This document shows, piece by piece, positions 18,200-26,380 of a stretch of 64,000 nt of DNA. The stretch spans positions 38,574-102,573 of the forward strand of contig JAGWOC010000002.1 of NCBI GenBank assembly GCA_028872875.1. The letters run 5' to 3'. The notes beneath the pieces are model-generated. The model was not told where the DNA came from and ran no database searches. It was given only the letters and a program-made list of their open reading frames with translations. The stretch's first letter is position 1. The number at the start of each line of letters is the position of its first letter. Both the position numbers and the translations under genes were made by a program. This DNA comes from Chloroflexota bacterium. GTDB lineage: Bacteria; Chloroflexota; Dehalococcoidia; DSTF01; JACRBR01.

Positions 18200-19711
18200 T
18201 CACGCCGCCTGCTTCGGTGCGGCGGCGGCGTGGTGTTCTGTCGGCGCCTCGTGGTCGGCCATGCGGATCTTGACGATCTCGTCGAAGGCGAGCAGGAAGG
18301 CCTGGACGCAGCGCGGGTCGAACTGGCTGCCGCTGCACTTGATGATCTCGTCCCGCGACACCTCGGCCGAGAGCGCGCGCCGGTAGGGGCGGTCGGACGT
18401 CATCGCGTCGAACGTGTCCGCCAGCACGAAGATGCGCGCGCCGAGCGGGATCTCGTCCGCCAGCAGCCCCAGCGGGTAGCCCTTGCCGTCGAAGCGCTCG
18501 TGGTGCGCCAGGACGAGGCTGGCGGCGCCCGACAGGAACGAGATGTCCTTGAGCATGTCGTGGCCGATCTTCGGGTGGCGGCGCATGTCCACCCACTCCT
18601 CGTCGGTGAGCGGCCCCGGCTTGTGCAGGATCGTGTCGGAGACGCCGATCTTGCCGACGTCGTGCAGGAGGGCGCCCCGCTGCATGTCCAGCCACTCGTC
18701 GGTGCCGGGCGCGATGCCCATGTGGTAGGCGATCTCCATCATGTACTTGGCGACGCGGATCGAGTGGCCCTTCGTCTCGCGGTCGCGCGCGTCGAGCGCG
18801 GAGACGAGGGCCTCGAGCGTGCCGTCGTACGTCCGCCGGAGCTCGTCGGCCATCTGCAGGATGTCGGTGTTCGCCTTCTGGAGGTCCTGGTTCGTCTTCC
18901 GCAGCTCCTCGACATTCTCGGCCGTCTTGTCGATGTACTGCTTCATGGAGAGCCGTACCAAGAGCGGCGGCGCCGCGAAGGCTAGGATGCCGAGCACGCC
19001 CACGCCCGCGTACCCCACCGCCAGCGCCGCGCCCAGAAGTGCCGCCACGACGTAGTGTGGCAGCAGCCAGGCGAAATCGTCGTGCCACACGGCGTAGGTC
19101 TGCCGTCGCGTCGCCAGGCTCGCCGCGGTCGCAACTAGCGTGGTGTTAACCGCGTAATACACGACAACGGTCGCGGCAGTCACCGCGACGAGCAGGGCGG
19201 AGGTCGTCATGTGGCCGCCCATGAGGAGCCAGGCCACGCCCGCGATCGTGAGGTTGGAGAGCGTCACGGACCCGATGTCGAACAGCCGTTTGTACCACGG
19301 CGCGCCCGTCTCGTGGTCAGCCAAGAGGGCGGCGACCGGGCCGACGATGACGGCGCCGGCCGGGCCGAACAGCAGCGCGACCGCGAAGTCGCCGACCATA
19401 CCCAGCGAAATCGTCGTATCCCCGTAGATCGAGATCCGCGTCCTGCCCGCCGCGACGGCGAGCACGCCCAGGATGACAAATCCGGTCAGGTCCGACGTGT
19501 TGAGCTGGGGCGCGAAGTACGCCACTGCCGCCAGCCCCAGCGCGAAGACGAGCAGGACGTAGACCAGCGCCGGCCGCGGCAGGCGCGCCTCGGCCTCTGC
19601 GGCGGCGCCAGGCTGGACCGGCAGCGGGACGACGTTGGACGGCGCGTCGCCGCGCACGGCCCGCGTCTCGTCGCGGCCGTCGGCCGGTTCTTCGAAGGCT
19701 CGGTTCAGCAT
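18200..19711 (-). CDS. HD-GYP c-di-GMP phosphodiesterase with multi-TM N-terminal sensor domain
   Basis: GHSIRVA, LLHDVGKIG, HHERFDGKGYP and DAMTSDRPYR motifs; about 6-7 TM helices N-terminally. Confidence 0.93.
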   Translation of the reverse strand: MLNRAFEEPADGRDETRAVRGDAPSNVVPLPVQPGAAAEAEARLPRPALVYVLLVFALGLAAVAYFAPQLNTSDLTGFVILGVLAVAAGRTRISIYGDTTISLGMVGDFAVALLFGPAGAVIVGPVAALLADHETGAPWYKRLFDIGSVTLSNLTIAGVAWLLMGGHMTTSALLVAVTAATVVVYYAVNTTLVATAASLATRRQTYAVWHDDFAWLLPHYVVAALLGAALAVGYAGVGVLGILAFAAPPLLVRLSMKQYIDKTAENVEELRKTNQDLQKANTDILQMADELRRTYDGTLEALVSALDARDRETKGHSIRVAKYMMEIAYHMGIAPGTDEWLDMQRGALLHDVGKIGVSDTILHKPGPLTDEEWVDMRRHPKIGHDMLKDISFLSGAASLVLAHHERFDGKGYPLGLLADEIPLGARIFVLADTFDAMTSDRPYRRALSAEVSRDEIIKCSGSQFDPRCVQAFLLAFDEIVKIRMADHEAPTEHHAAAAPKQAA

Positions 19712-19755
19712 GCTACCGCCAGATGCGCATATCGCCGCCGGAAGGGCCCGTAGTA

Positions 19756-19782
19756 GTATCGGCAGCGGCGCGGCGGGCCTGA
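19756..19782 (-). promoter_or_regulatory. Candidate sigma28-type promoter for the HD-GYP gene
   Basis: Minus strand TCAG-N15-GCCGATAC, ending 44 nt before ATG. Confidence 0.55.
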
Positions 19783-19795
19783 GCCGCCGGGAGGC

Positions 19796-20521
19796 TCAGG
19801 CGGCCTGGTCGATCTCGGCGGCGAGCTGGCGCCGGAGCGTCGCCAGGATGCGCTTGTGAAGCTGGCAGACCCGGGACTCCGAGAGCCCGAGCATCTCGCC
19901 GATGACGTGGAACGGCCTGGATTCAGCGTATCGGAGCTTCAGGATGGCCCGGTCTCGCGCGTTCAGGTCGTGCAGCACCACATCGAGCATCGCAAGCGAG
20001 GCATTGTGGTCGGCCGCCTTGGCGGGGTCACCGGACTCGTCTTCGTCCACCGGGTCCAGCGCGGGGCCGTTCTCGCCACCCCGGTCCTGGAGCGCGTGCT
20101 CCAGCGAGATGAACTTCGAGTTGGCGTGGCGCAGGATGCCGTGGAGCTGGTCCGCAGGCATGCCGAGGCGGACGGCGACCTCCTTCGTCGTCGGCCAGCG
20201 GCCGAGCGATGCCGCGAGCTCCTGCGACGCGTGCTCGACCTCCCGCGTGCTCTTGCGCAGCGAGCGCGGCAACGGGTCCATCTTGCGGATGGCGTCCAGG
20301 ATTGAGCCGCGGATGCGCCGCACGGCGAAGCTCGCGAAGCTCGTGCCGCGCTCGGCGTCGAAGGCGTCGATCGCCTGGATCAGGCCCTCGGTGCCGTAGG
20401 CGAGCGCGTCCTCGCGGTCGAGCCCCAGGGTCTTCTGGTTGTCCGTGGACATGCGGCTGACGACGAAGGCCACGAGCGGCATGTGCCGCATGATCATCTC
20501 CTGGCGGTCTGGACTGCGCAT
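19796..20521 (-). CDS. fliA: FliA/WhiG (sigma28-family) RNA polymerase sigma factor
   Basis: GLIQAIDAFDAERGTSFASFAVRRIRGSILDAIRKMDPLPRSLR and IGEMLGLSESRVCQLH; GGGGGAG SD 6 nt before ATG 20521. Confidence 0.9.
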   Translation of the reverse strand: MRSPDRQEMIMRHMPLVAFVVSRMSTDNQKTLGLDREDALAYGTEGLIQAIDAFDAERGTSFASFAVRRIRGSILDAIRKMDPLPRSLRKSTREVEHASQELAASLGRWPTTKEVAVRLGMPADQLHGILRHANSKFISLEHALQDRGGENGPALDPVDEDESGDPAKAADHNASLAMLDVVLHDLNARDRAILKLRYAESRPFHVIGEMLGLSESRVCQLHKRILATLRRQLAAEIDQAA

Positions 20522-20617
20522 GAGAAGCTCCCCCGCAACGCGGAACCTGACTTCGCGCCGGAAGCTGCGACAGGGGAGATGCGCGGGAGACGCTGTCGAG
20601 CGTTGGGGGCTCGAGGT

Positions 20618-20697
20618 CTTCGGCGGCCCGGCCATCCGCGCGTACGGCGGACCCGTGGCTTTGCGTCCTCGCCTTTCGGCGAGTTTGCCCTGTCGGA
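20618..20697 (-). ncRNA. c-di-GMP-I (GEMM-I) riboswitch aptamer
   Basis: Minus strand CGACAGGGCAAACTCGCC-GAAA-GGCGAGGACGCAAAGCCACGGGTCC...GGATGGCCGGGCCGCCGAAG, matching the canonical GGGCAAAC / GAAA / GACGCAAAGCC pattern. Confidence 0.92.
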
Positions 20698-20845
20698 ACC
20701 TCTGACGATGACATCCAGGGCATCCTGCCGGGCCACGGGCGAGTCGTTCGCCCTCCATCAGCCTTAACGCTGCCGGGGGCCATGTGTTACAGGCCGGGGG
20801 GATCTTTTTTCGTCTGGGCGCAATGTGGGAGATTGTCAAGGGGTA

Positions 20846-20904
20846 TTGGCAAATGGGAGATCCTGTTGCATACTGACTTCGACGCAGGGGGCTGCGGACG
20901 ATAC
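20846..20904 (+). promoter_or_regulatory. Tandem promoters for TetR-2: sigma70-like and sigma28-like
   Basis: TTGGCA-N17-CATACT (20846-20874) and TTCG-N15-GACGATAC (20878-20904). Confidence 0.55.
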
Positions 20905-20936
20905 TCGCGGGGCGGGATCACGCCGGAGGGGGCGCC

Positions 20937-21551
20937 ATGGACCGATTCGAGCAACGCAAGCTGACCCGGGCACGGCTGATCGACGGTGCGCTGAAGCTGT
21001 TTTCGGCGAACGGCTACGACCACGCCACCATCGACGACATCTCGCAGGAGGCGGGCTACTCGAAGGGCGCCTACTACTTCCACTTCTCCACGAAGGAGGA
21101 CATCCTCCTCGAGCTGCTCCGCCGCTGGAGCGACGACCGCGCGTCCGGGCTCGCCGCGGTTGGCGGCAGCGACGGCGCCCGCGACCTGCGCGCGACGCTC
21201 GAGGCGCTCTTCTCCTACGAGCGCGAGCCGCGCTGGCCGGGCATGCTGCTGGAGTTCTGGGCGCAGTCGATGCGGAACGACGAGGTGAAGAAGCGCCTCG
21301 CCCAGGTGTACGGCGCCTGTCGCCAGGAGCTGGCGGCGTCATTCGCGGATGCCGCCCAGGCCGGCGCGGTGCGCGCCGGGTCCGCCGACGAGGCCGCGGG
21401 TATCGCGCTGGCGGCGCACGATGGGTATGTGGTACAGCTTGCCATCGGCTCGCCGGCCGGCAAGCTGATGACGCCCGCACAACTCGCCGACGCGCTCCTC
21501 TCGCCCCTCGAGGCCGCTCCTTCCGGGAAGCGTCGCGCAGCCGCGGTCTAG
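20937..21551 (+). CDS. TetR/AcrR family regulator (TetR-2)
   Basis: GYDHATIDDISQEAGYSKGAYYFHFSTKE; GGAGGGGG SD. Confidence 0.93.
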   Translation: MDRFEQRKLTRARLIDGALKLFSANGYDHATIDDISQEAGYSKGAYYFHFSTKEDILLELLRRWSDDRASGLAAVGGSDGARDLRATLEALFSYEREPRWPGMLLEFWAQSMRNDEVKKRLAQVYGACRQELAASFADAAQAGAVRAGSADEAAGIALAAHDGYVVQLAIGSPAGKLMTPAQLADALLSPLEAAPSGKRRAAAV

Positions 21552-21608
21552 CGCCGGCCGCGCCCAATCCGTAGGACGCCCGGCGCCTCCCGGGCCGGTG
21601 GGAGTTCC

Positions 21609-22607
21609 GTGCGCGCCCTGATCCTCGCACCCTTCGCGGACCGTTCGCTCGCGCGCTTGCGCCGCCTCGGTGCGGTCACATACGAGAGCTGGACCGAGAC
21701 CGGACGCATCCACGACCCGGCGGAGCTGGGCGCGCGCATCGCCGCGATTGGCGCCGACGTGCTGGTCGTGGAAGCCGATTTCGTCTTCGAGGAGCTGTTC
21801 GAGGCGGCGCCAGACCTGCGCCTCGTGGGCGTGTGCCGCAACGCCCTCAACCAGATCGACATCGAGAGCGCGACGGACCACGGCGTCGTCGTCACGCACG
21901 CTCGCGGGCGCAACACGAACGCCGTCGCCGAGCTGACGCTCGGGCTGATGTTCGCGCTCGCGCGCCAGATCCCGCGGGCGCACGCGCTCGTGGCGGGCGG
22001 CGGCTGGCGCGACCCGGTGGCGGGCTACCGCACGCTGCGCGGAACGGAGATCGCGGGCTCGACCGTCGGCGTCATCGGCTGCGGCCAGATCGGACGGGCG
22101 GTGACCCGGAAGTGCGTCGCCCTCGGCGCCCGTGTGCTGGCGTACGACCCGCTCGTGCCGCCGCGGCGGCTGCGGGCGATCGGCGCCACGCCGGCGCCGC
22201 TCGCCGGCCTCGCCCGCGCGTCGGACTGGGTGACGCTGCACGTGCCGGCGGATGAGGGCACGGCGGGGCTCATCGACGCGGCGTTTCTTGGCCGGATGCG
22301 GCGGACGGCGTACGTGATCAACACGAGCGGCGGATCCGTGGTGGACACCGGTGCGCTCGTCGCCGCCCTGTCGTCGGGGCGCATCGCTGGCGCGGCGCTG
22401 GACGTGTTCGACGGGCAGCCGCTGCCCCTCAGTAGCCCGTTGCTCTCGGCGCCGAACGTGATCCTGACGCCGCACATCGGTGGCGCGACGGCAGAAACCG
22501 TCGCGCGGCAGTCGCGGATGATGACCGGCGAGATCGAGCGGCTGCTGACTGGCCGCCGCCTGCGTTACGCCGTGAACCCGGAGGTCGACCCCGCCCGTGT
22601 CCGCTGA
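21609..22607 (+). CDS. D-isomer 2-hydroxyacid dehydrogenase family protein (atypical catalytic residues)
   Basis: GVIGCGQIG, LHVP and LTPHIGG motifs; has NTSGG and DVFDGQP in place of the usual N.xRG and DVFxxEP. Confidence 0.88.
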   Translation: MRALILAPFADRSLARLRRLGAVTYESWTETGRIHDPAELGARIAAIGADVLVVEADFVFEELFEAAPDLRLVGVCRNALNQIDIESATDHGVVVTHARGRNTNAVAELTLGLMFALARQIPRAHALVAGGGWRDPVAGYRTLRGTEIAGSTVGVIGCGQIGRAVTRKCVALGARVLAYDPLVPPRRLRAIGATPAPLAGLARASDWVTLHVPADEGTAGLIDAAFLGRMRRTAYVINTSGGSVVDTGALVAALSSGRIAGAALDVFDGQPLPLSSPLLSAPNVILTPHIGGATAETVARQSRMMTGEIERLLTGRRLRYAVNPEVDPARVR

Positions 22608-24063
22608 GCGCATCCTCGTCATCGACGCCGGCACGAGCAGCCTGCGCGCGGTCGCGGTATCGGCGAGCGGCGAGACCTCCGTGATCGCCACTGAGGCGTG
22701 GGACATGCGTACGCCCGCGGACGCAGAGCCGTTCGGACGCGAGCTCGACGGGCCAGCGATCGAGGGGTCGCTCGGCACGCTCTTGCGCGCGGCCGGCCGT
22801 ACCGGCGCATGGTCCGGCGTCGCGTTTGCCGGGCAGCGCGAAGGCGTCGTGTTCGTCGACGAAGGCGGTGCCGCTGTCTGCGTATCGCCGAACGTCGATG
22901 CGCGCGCGTCGGCCGAGGGCATGGCGCTCGACGCGGCGCACGGGCGGGAGGTCTATCTCGCGACCGGCCACCTGCCGTCGCTGATGCAGGCGCCGGTGAA
23001 GTACGCGTGGCTGCGGCGCCATCGCCCGGCTGGCGCCGCGCGGGTGCGACGTGTACTGCCGCTGGCCGACTGGCTCGCCTCGCTCGTGACGCGCGAGGCG
23101 GTGGCGAGCCGCAGCCTGGCGGCCGAGAACGGCCTGCTCGACGTGCGCACGGGTGCGCCGCCCGCGTACCTCGACGACACTGGTGTTCCTCCAGCGATCC
23201 TTGCGCCGGTCGTCGAGGACGGGACGGTGGTGGCGCGTGTGCGCGGCGGAGACCTGGCGGGTACGCCGGCCGTGCTGGCGGGCGCCGATACGCAGTGCGC
23301 GCTCGTCGGTCTCGGTGCGGTCGCAGCGGGCGATTGCGGCGTGCCGGCGGGCTGGAGCGCGCCGCTCCAGCTCGTGACGTCGCAGCCGGTGTTCGATGAG
23401 GAGATGCGGACGTGGACGGGCCCGCACGTCGCGCCCGGGCGGTTCGTCCTGGAGTCGAACGCGGGCGAGGCCGGGCGCGCCTGGGTGTGGGCGTGCGGGC
23501 TGGCCAACGTCGCCGTGGCGGATGCCGAAGGCCTGGCGCGGGCGACGCCGCCCGGCTCGCACGACGTGATGGCCGTGCTCGGACCGCGGGTAATGCGCGC
23601 GTCGCGGATGAGCGCCGGGCTGGGTGCGCTGACGCTGCCGTTGCCGCTGGTGATGTCGTCGCCGGACGCTGGCGACATGCTGCGCGCGGTGCTGGAATCG
23701 ATGGCGTACGCGCTGCGCGCGAACCTTGAGCAGATCGAAGCGGTGGCGGATACATCGATTGCGTCGCTGCGCCTGGGCGGCGGTCTGTCACGAAACGCGA
23801 CGTTCGCGCAGATCCTCGCCGACGTGGCCGACAGGGCGATTGAGGTCAGCGGCGCGCCCGAGACGACGGCGCTGGGCGCGGCGGTGCTCGCGTCGGTCGC
23901 GCTGGGGCTGCACGCGTCGCTCGACGACGCCGTTGGGGCGATGTGCCGTGGGCGGCGCACCGTACGGCCCGGGCTGGCGGCGTCGGCCGCGTACGAGGAC
24001 TACTATGGACGCTGGTGCGCGATGGCGGACGCGCTGGAGCGCATGGCGGCGGAGGGAGCATGA
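22597..24063 (+). CDS. FGGY carbohydrate kinase, LsrK-like
   Basis: VIDAGTSSLRA, QREGVVFVD...NVDARA, GADTQC, LGGGLS and ETTALGAA motifs. Confidence 0.88.
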   Translation: MSAERILVIDAGTSSLRAVAVSASGETSVIATEAWDMRTPADAEPFGRELDGPAIEGSLGTLLRAAGRTGAWSGVAFAGQREGVVFVDEGGAAVCVSPNVDARASAEGMALDAAHGREVYLATGHLPSLMQAPVKYAWLRRHRPAGAARVRRVLPLADWLASLVTREAVASRSLAAENGLLDVRTGAPPAYLDDTGVPPAILAPVVEDGTVVARVRGGDLAGTPAVLAGADTQCALVGLGAVAAGDCGVPAGWSAPLQLVTSQPVFDEEMRTWTGPHVAPGRFVLESNAGEAGRAWVWACGLANVAVADAEGLARATPPGSHDVMAVLGPRVMRASRMSAGLGALTLPLPLVMSSPDAGDMLRAVLESMAYALRANLEQIEAVADTSIASLRLGGGLSRNATFAQILADVADRAIEVSGAPETTALGAAVLASVALGLHASLDDAVGAMCRGRRTVRPGLAASAAYEDYYGRWCAMADALERMAAEGA

Positions 24064-24725
24064 GCGAGACGTACGAGGCAGAGCGCCGTGAGGTGCTGCG
24101 AGCGGTCGAGCGGATCGTCGCCGCCGGGCTGGTCGCGGGATCGAGCGGCAACGTCAGCCTGCGCATCGCGACGGCGGACGGGGAGCTGATCGCCGTGACG
24201 GCGAGCAGCGTCCCGTACCATCGCTTCACGCTCGACGACGTGCTGGTGGTCGACTTCGACATCGAGCCGGTCGTGGGCGAGGGTGTGCCGTCGAGTGAGT
24301 CGCTGCTGCACGTCGCGGTGTACCATGCCCGGCCAGACGTGAGGGCGGTGGTCCACACGCACTCCGTGTACGCGAGCGCATTCGCCGCGGCGGGCCGGCC
24401 GATCCTGCCGGTACTCGACGAGCAGGTGGTGATCCTCGGCGGCGCCGTGAAGGTGGCGGAGTACGGCCCGTCGGCCAGCGAGGAGCTGGCGGCACGCTGC
24501 GTCGCCGCGCTCGGCGAGCGCGCGGCGGTGCTGTTGCGCAATCACGGCGTCGTTGGCGTCGGACGCGACCTCGACGAGGCGCTCGCTGCCGTCGAGCTGA
24601 CCGAACGTGCCGCGAAGGTGCAGGTTCTCAGTGCGGTGCTGGGCGGCGCGCAGGAGCTGCCACCAGGCGTCGTGCGGACCGAGCAGGCCGTGTACCGCAT
24701 GCTGCACGGGCTTGGGCCAGAGTAA
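24060..24725 (+). CDS. Class II aldolase (FucA-like)
   Basis: GSSGNVS, PSSESLLH, VHTHS and LRNHG metal motifs; ATGA overlap with the kinase. Confidence 0.9.
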   Translation: MSETYEAERREVLRAVERIVAAGLVAGSSGNVSLRIATADGELIAVTASSVPYHRFTLDDVLVVDFDIEPVVGEGVPSSESLLHVAVYHARPDVRAVVHTHSVYASAFAAAGRPILPVLDEQVVILGGAVKVAEYGPSASEELAARCVAALGERAAVLLRNHGVVGVGRDLDEALAAVELTERAAKVQVLSAVLGGAQELPPGVVRTEQAVYRMLHGLGPE

Positions 24726-24855
24726 GCATCCGACGCTGCTTGGAAGATGCAAAGGGGGAGGCGCGTGGTGCCTGCGTGCCCGCTCGACCATACTGGGGTC
24801 GGGCAGTGCACACATCGCACCGCGCCATTCATGGCGAAGGGAAGGACGAACATCG

Positions 24856-25257
24856 ATGCAGGTCCCGGCATTCTTGCTCCGCAGGCTCTATGTGAAGGGC
24901 AGCCTGCGCAACGAACCCGGAGGCTTCGCCTTCGACCTGAAGAACTCGCTCGGCTCTGGCTACGCCGAACAGGTGCTGCCGCTTACGATCGACGGCGCCG
25001 AGGTGCCGCCGGAGCGCGCGACCTTCTCCGTCGACGGCGAGCACGTGCGGTTCGCGGATGTGTCGAGCGAGCGTCCGTTCACGCTGGCGATGAACAGGGT
25101 CGTGACGATCGGCGTCGATGGGACGCAGTTGGACGCGGGCAAGCACAAGATCGGTATCGGCTTCGTCGTCACCGGCATGGGCAAGATGCAGTTTGACGTG
25201 ACCGATGCGATCGGCAACGACGGGAGTGCACGTGATGACAGCGCAAACGACGCCTAG
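24856..25257 (+). CDS. Uncharacterised beta-rich protein (133 aa)
   Basis: GAAGGA SD; MQVPAFLLRRLYVKGSLRN... with clean coding-like composition. Confidence 0.75.
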   Translation: MQVPAFLLRRLYVKGSLRNEPGGFAFDLKNSLGSGYAEQVLPLTIDGAEVPPERATFSVDGEHVRFADVSSERPFTLAMNRVVTIGVDGTQLDAGKHKIGIGFVVTGMGKMQFDVTDAIGNDGSARDDSANDA

Positions 25258-26116
25258 TAGCAGTCCGCTGCCGCCCAATCCTCCGGAGATCGACTACGTC
25301 GGGCGCTGGGCGGCGATCGTCGAGCGCCGGCGCGTGCAGATGGATGCGGCGTATGCGGAGGCTGGCCTCGAACACGTCGACTACTGGGGTCGCCGCGCGG
25401 TCGCGTTCCGGAACGCGACCCATGCGCGCACCGAGGAGGATCCGTTCCTCGTGCGGGTGCGGGATGCGGTCACGCCCGCGAGCACGCTGCTCGATGTCGG
25501 TGCGGGGACGGGGAGGCACACGCTCGCGCTGGCGCGGCACGTGGGCCACATCACGGCCGTCGATCCGTCGGCAGCGATGCTCGGTCTGCTGCGGGAGGAC
25601 CTCGCCGCACGAACGATCGAGAACGTGACGACGGTGCAGGCGGAGTGGATGTCCGCCGATGTCGAGCCGGCCGACTTCGTGATCTGCTCGCACGTGCTCT
25701 ACCCGATCGCCGATGTCGTGCCGTTCATTCGCAAGCTCGAGTCAAGCGCCAGGGAGCGCGTGTTCGTGTACCTGCGCGCGGATCCGCTGGCGACCGACTT
25801 CGGGCTCTGGAGCGCGTTCCATGGCGTGCCGTTGCAGCCGCAGCCGGCGCACGTCGACCTCTTCAACGTGCTCGCGCAAGTCGGCATCTTCGCCGACGTC
25901 GAGATCGTCAGCATGCCGCTCACGTGGACGTTTGAGACGCGGGCGGAAGCGGTGCAGCAGGTGGCGAACAGCCTCTGTCTGCGCGACGACGACCACGATG
26001 CACGCACGAAGCTCGCCGCGCTCCTCGACGAGCGCATGGTGCCGCTTCCCAACGGACGGCTCGGTAGCACAGCGGCTGCGACGCGCTCGGCGATCTTCTC
26101 CTGGCGCCCGCGGTAG
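25235..26116 (+). CDS. Class I SAM-dependent methyltransferase
   Basis: LLDVGAGTG, VDPSAAML and DFVICSHVLY motifs. Confidence 0.88.
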   Translation: MTAQTTPSSSPLPPNPPEIDYVGRWAAIVERRRVQMDAAYAEAGLEHVDYWGRRAVAFRNATHARTEEDPFLVRVRDAVTPASTLLDVGAGTGRHTLALARHVGHITAVDPSAAMLGLLREDLAARTIENVTTVQAEWMSADVEPADFVICSHVLYPIADVVPFIRKLESSARERVFVYLRADPLATDFGLWSAFHGVPLQPQPAHVDLFNVLAQVGIFADVEIVSMPLTWTFETRAEAVQQVANSLCLRDDDHDARTKLAALLDERMVPLPNGRLGSTAAATRSAIFSWRPR

Positions 26117-26380
26117 TGTGGTGCTTCTCACGCACCGTTGCCATGGCGGCGTGGCGGCCGTGCGGCCCGTCCGGGGAAGTCTCGTGCGCCGCGGAAGTCC
26201 GCCGCACGAGGCGCTGGACCGCGACGGTCGCCCGGCTGTGCCGGATGCAGAGCCGAGGCCGGCTGTGCTCCATGCCGCGCGTTGCGTCCGAGCGCTAGCC
26301 AGCGGCCTCACTTCACGCAGCACACGCGGCCGCCTACAATGGCGCCGATCGGCTCGGCCCCGCATCTGACTGGAGCGCAC

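Noticed and set aside
20843-20869. GCCAATAC on the minus strand as a sigma28 autoregulatory promoter
   Set aside because: One mismatch and the -35 T is off by one; too weak to call.
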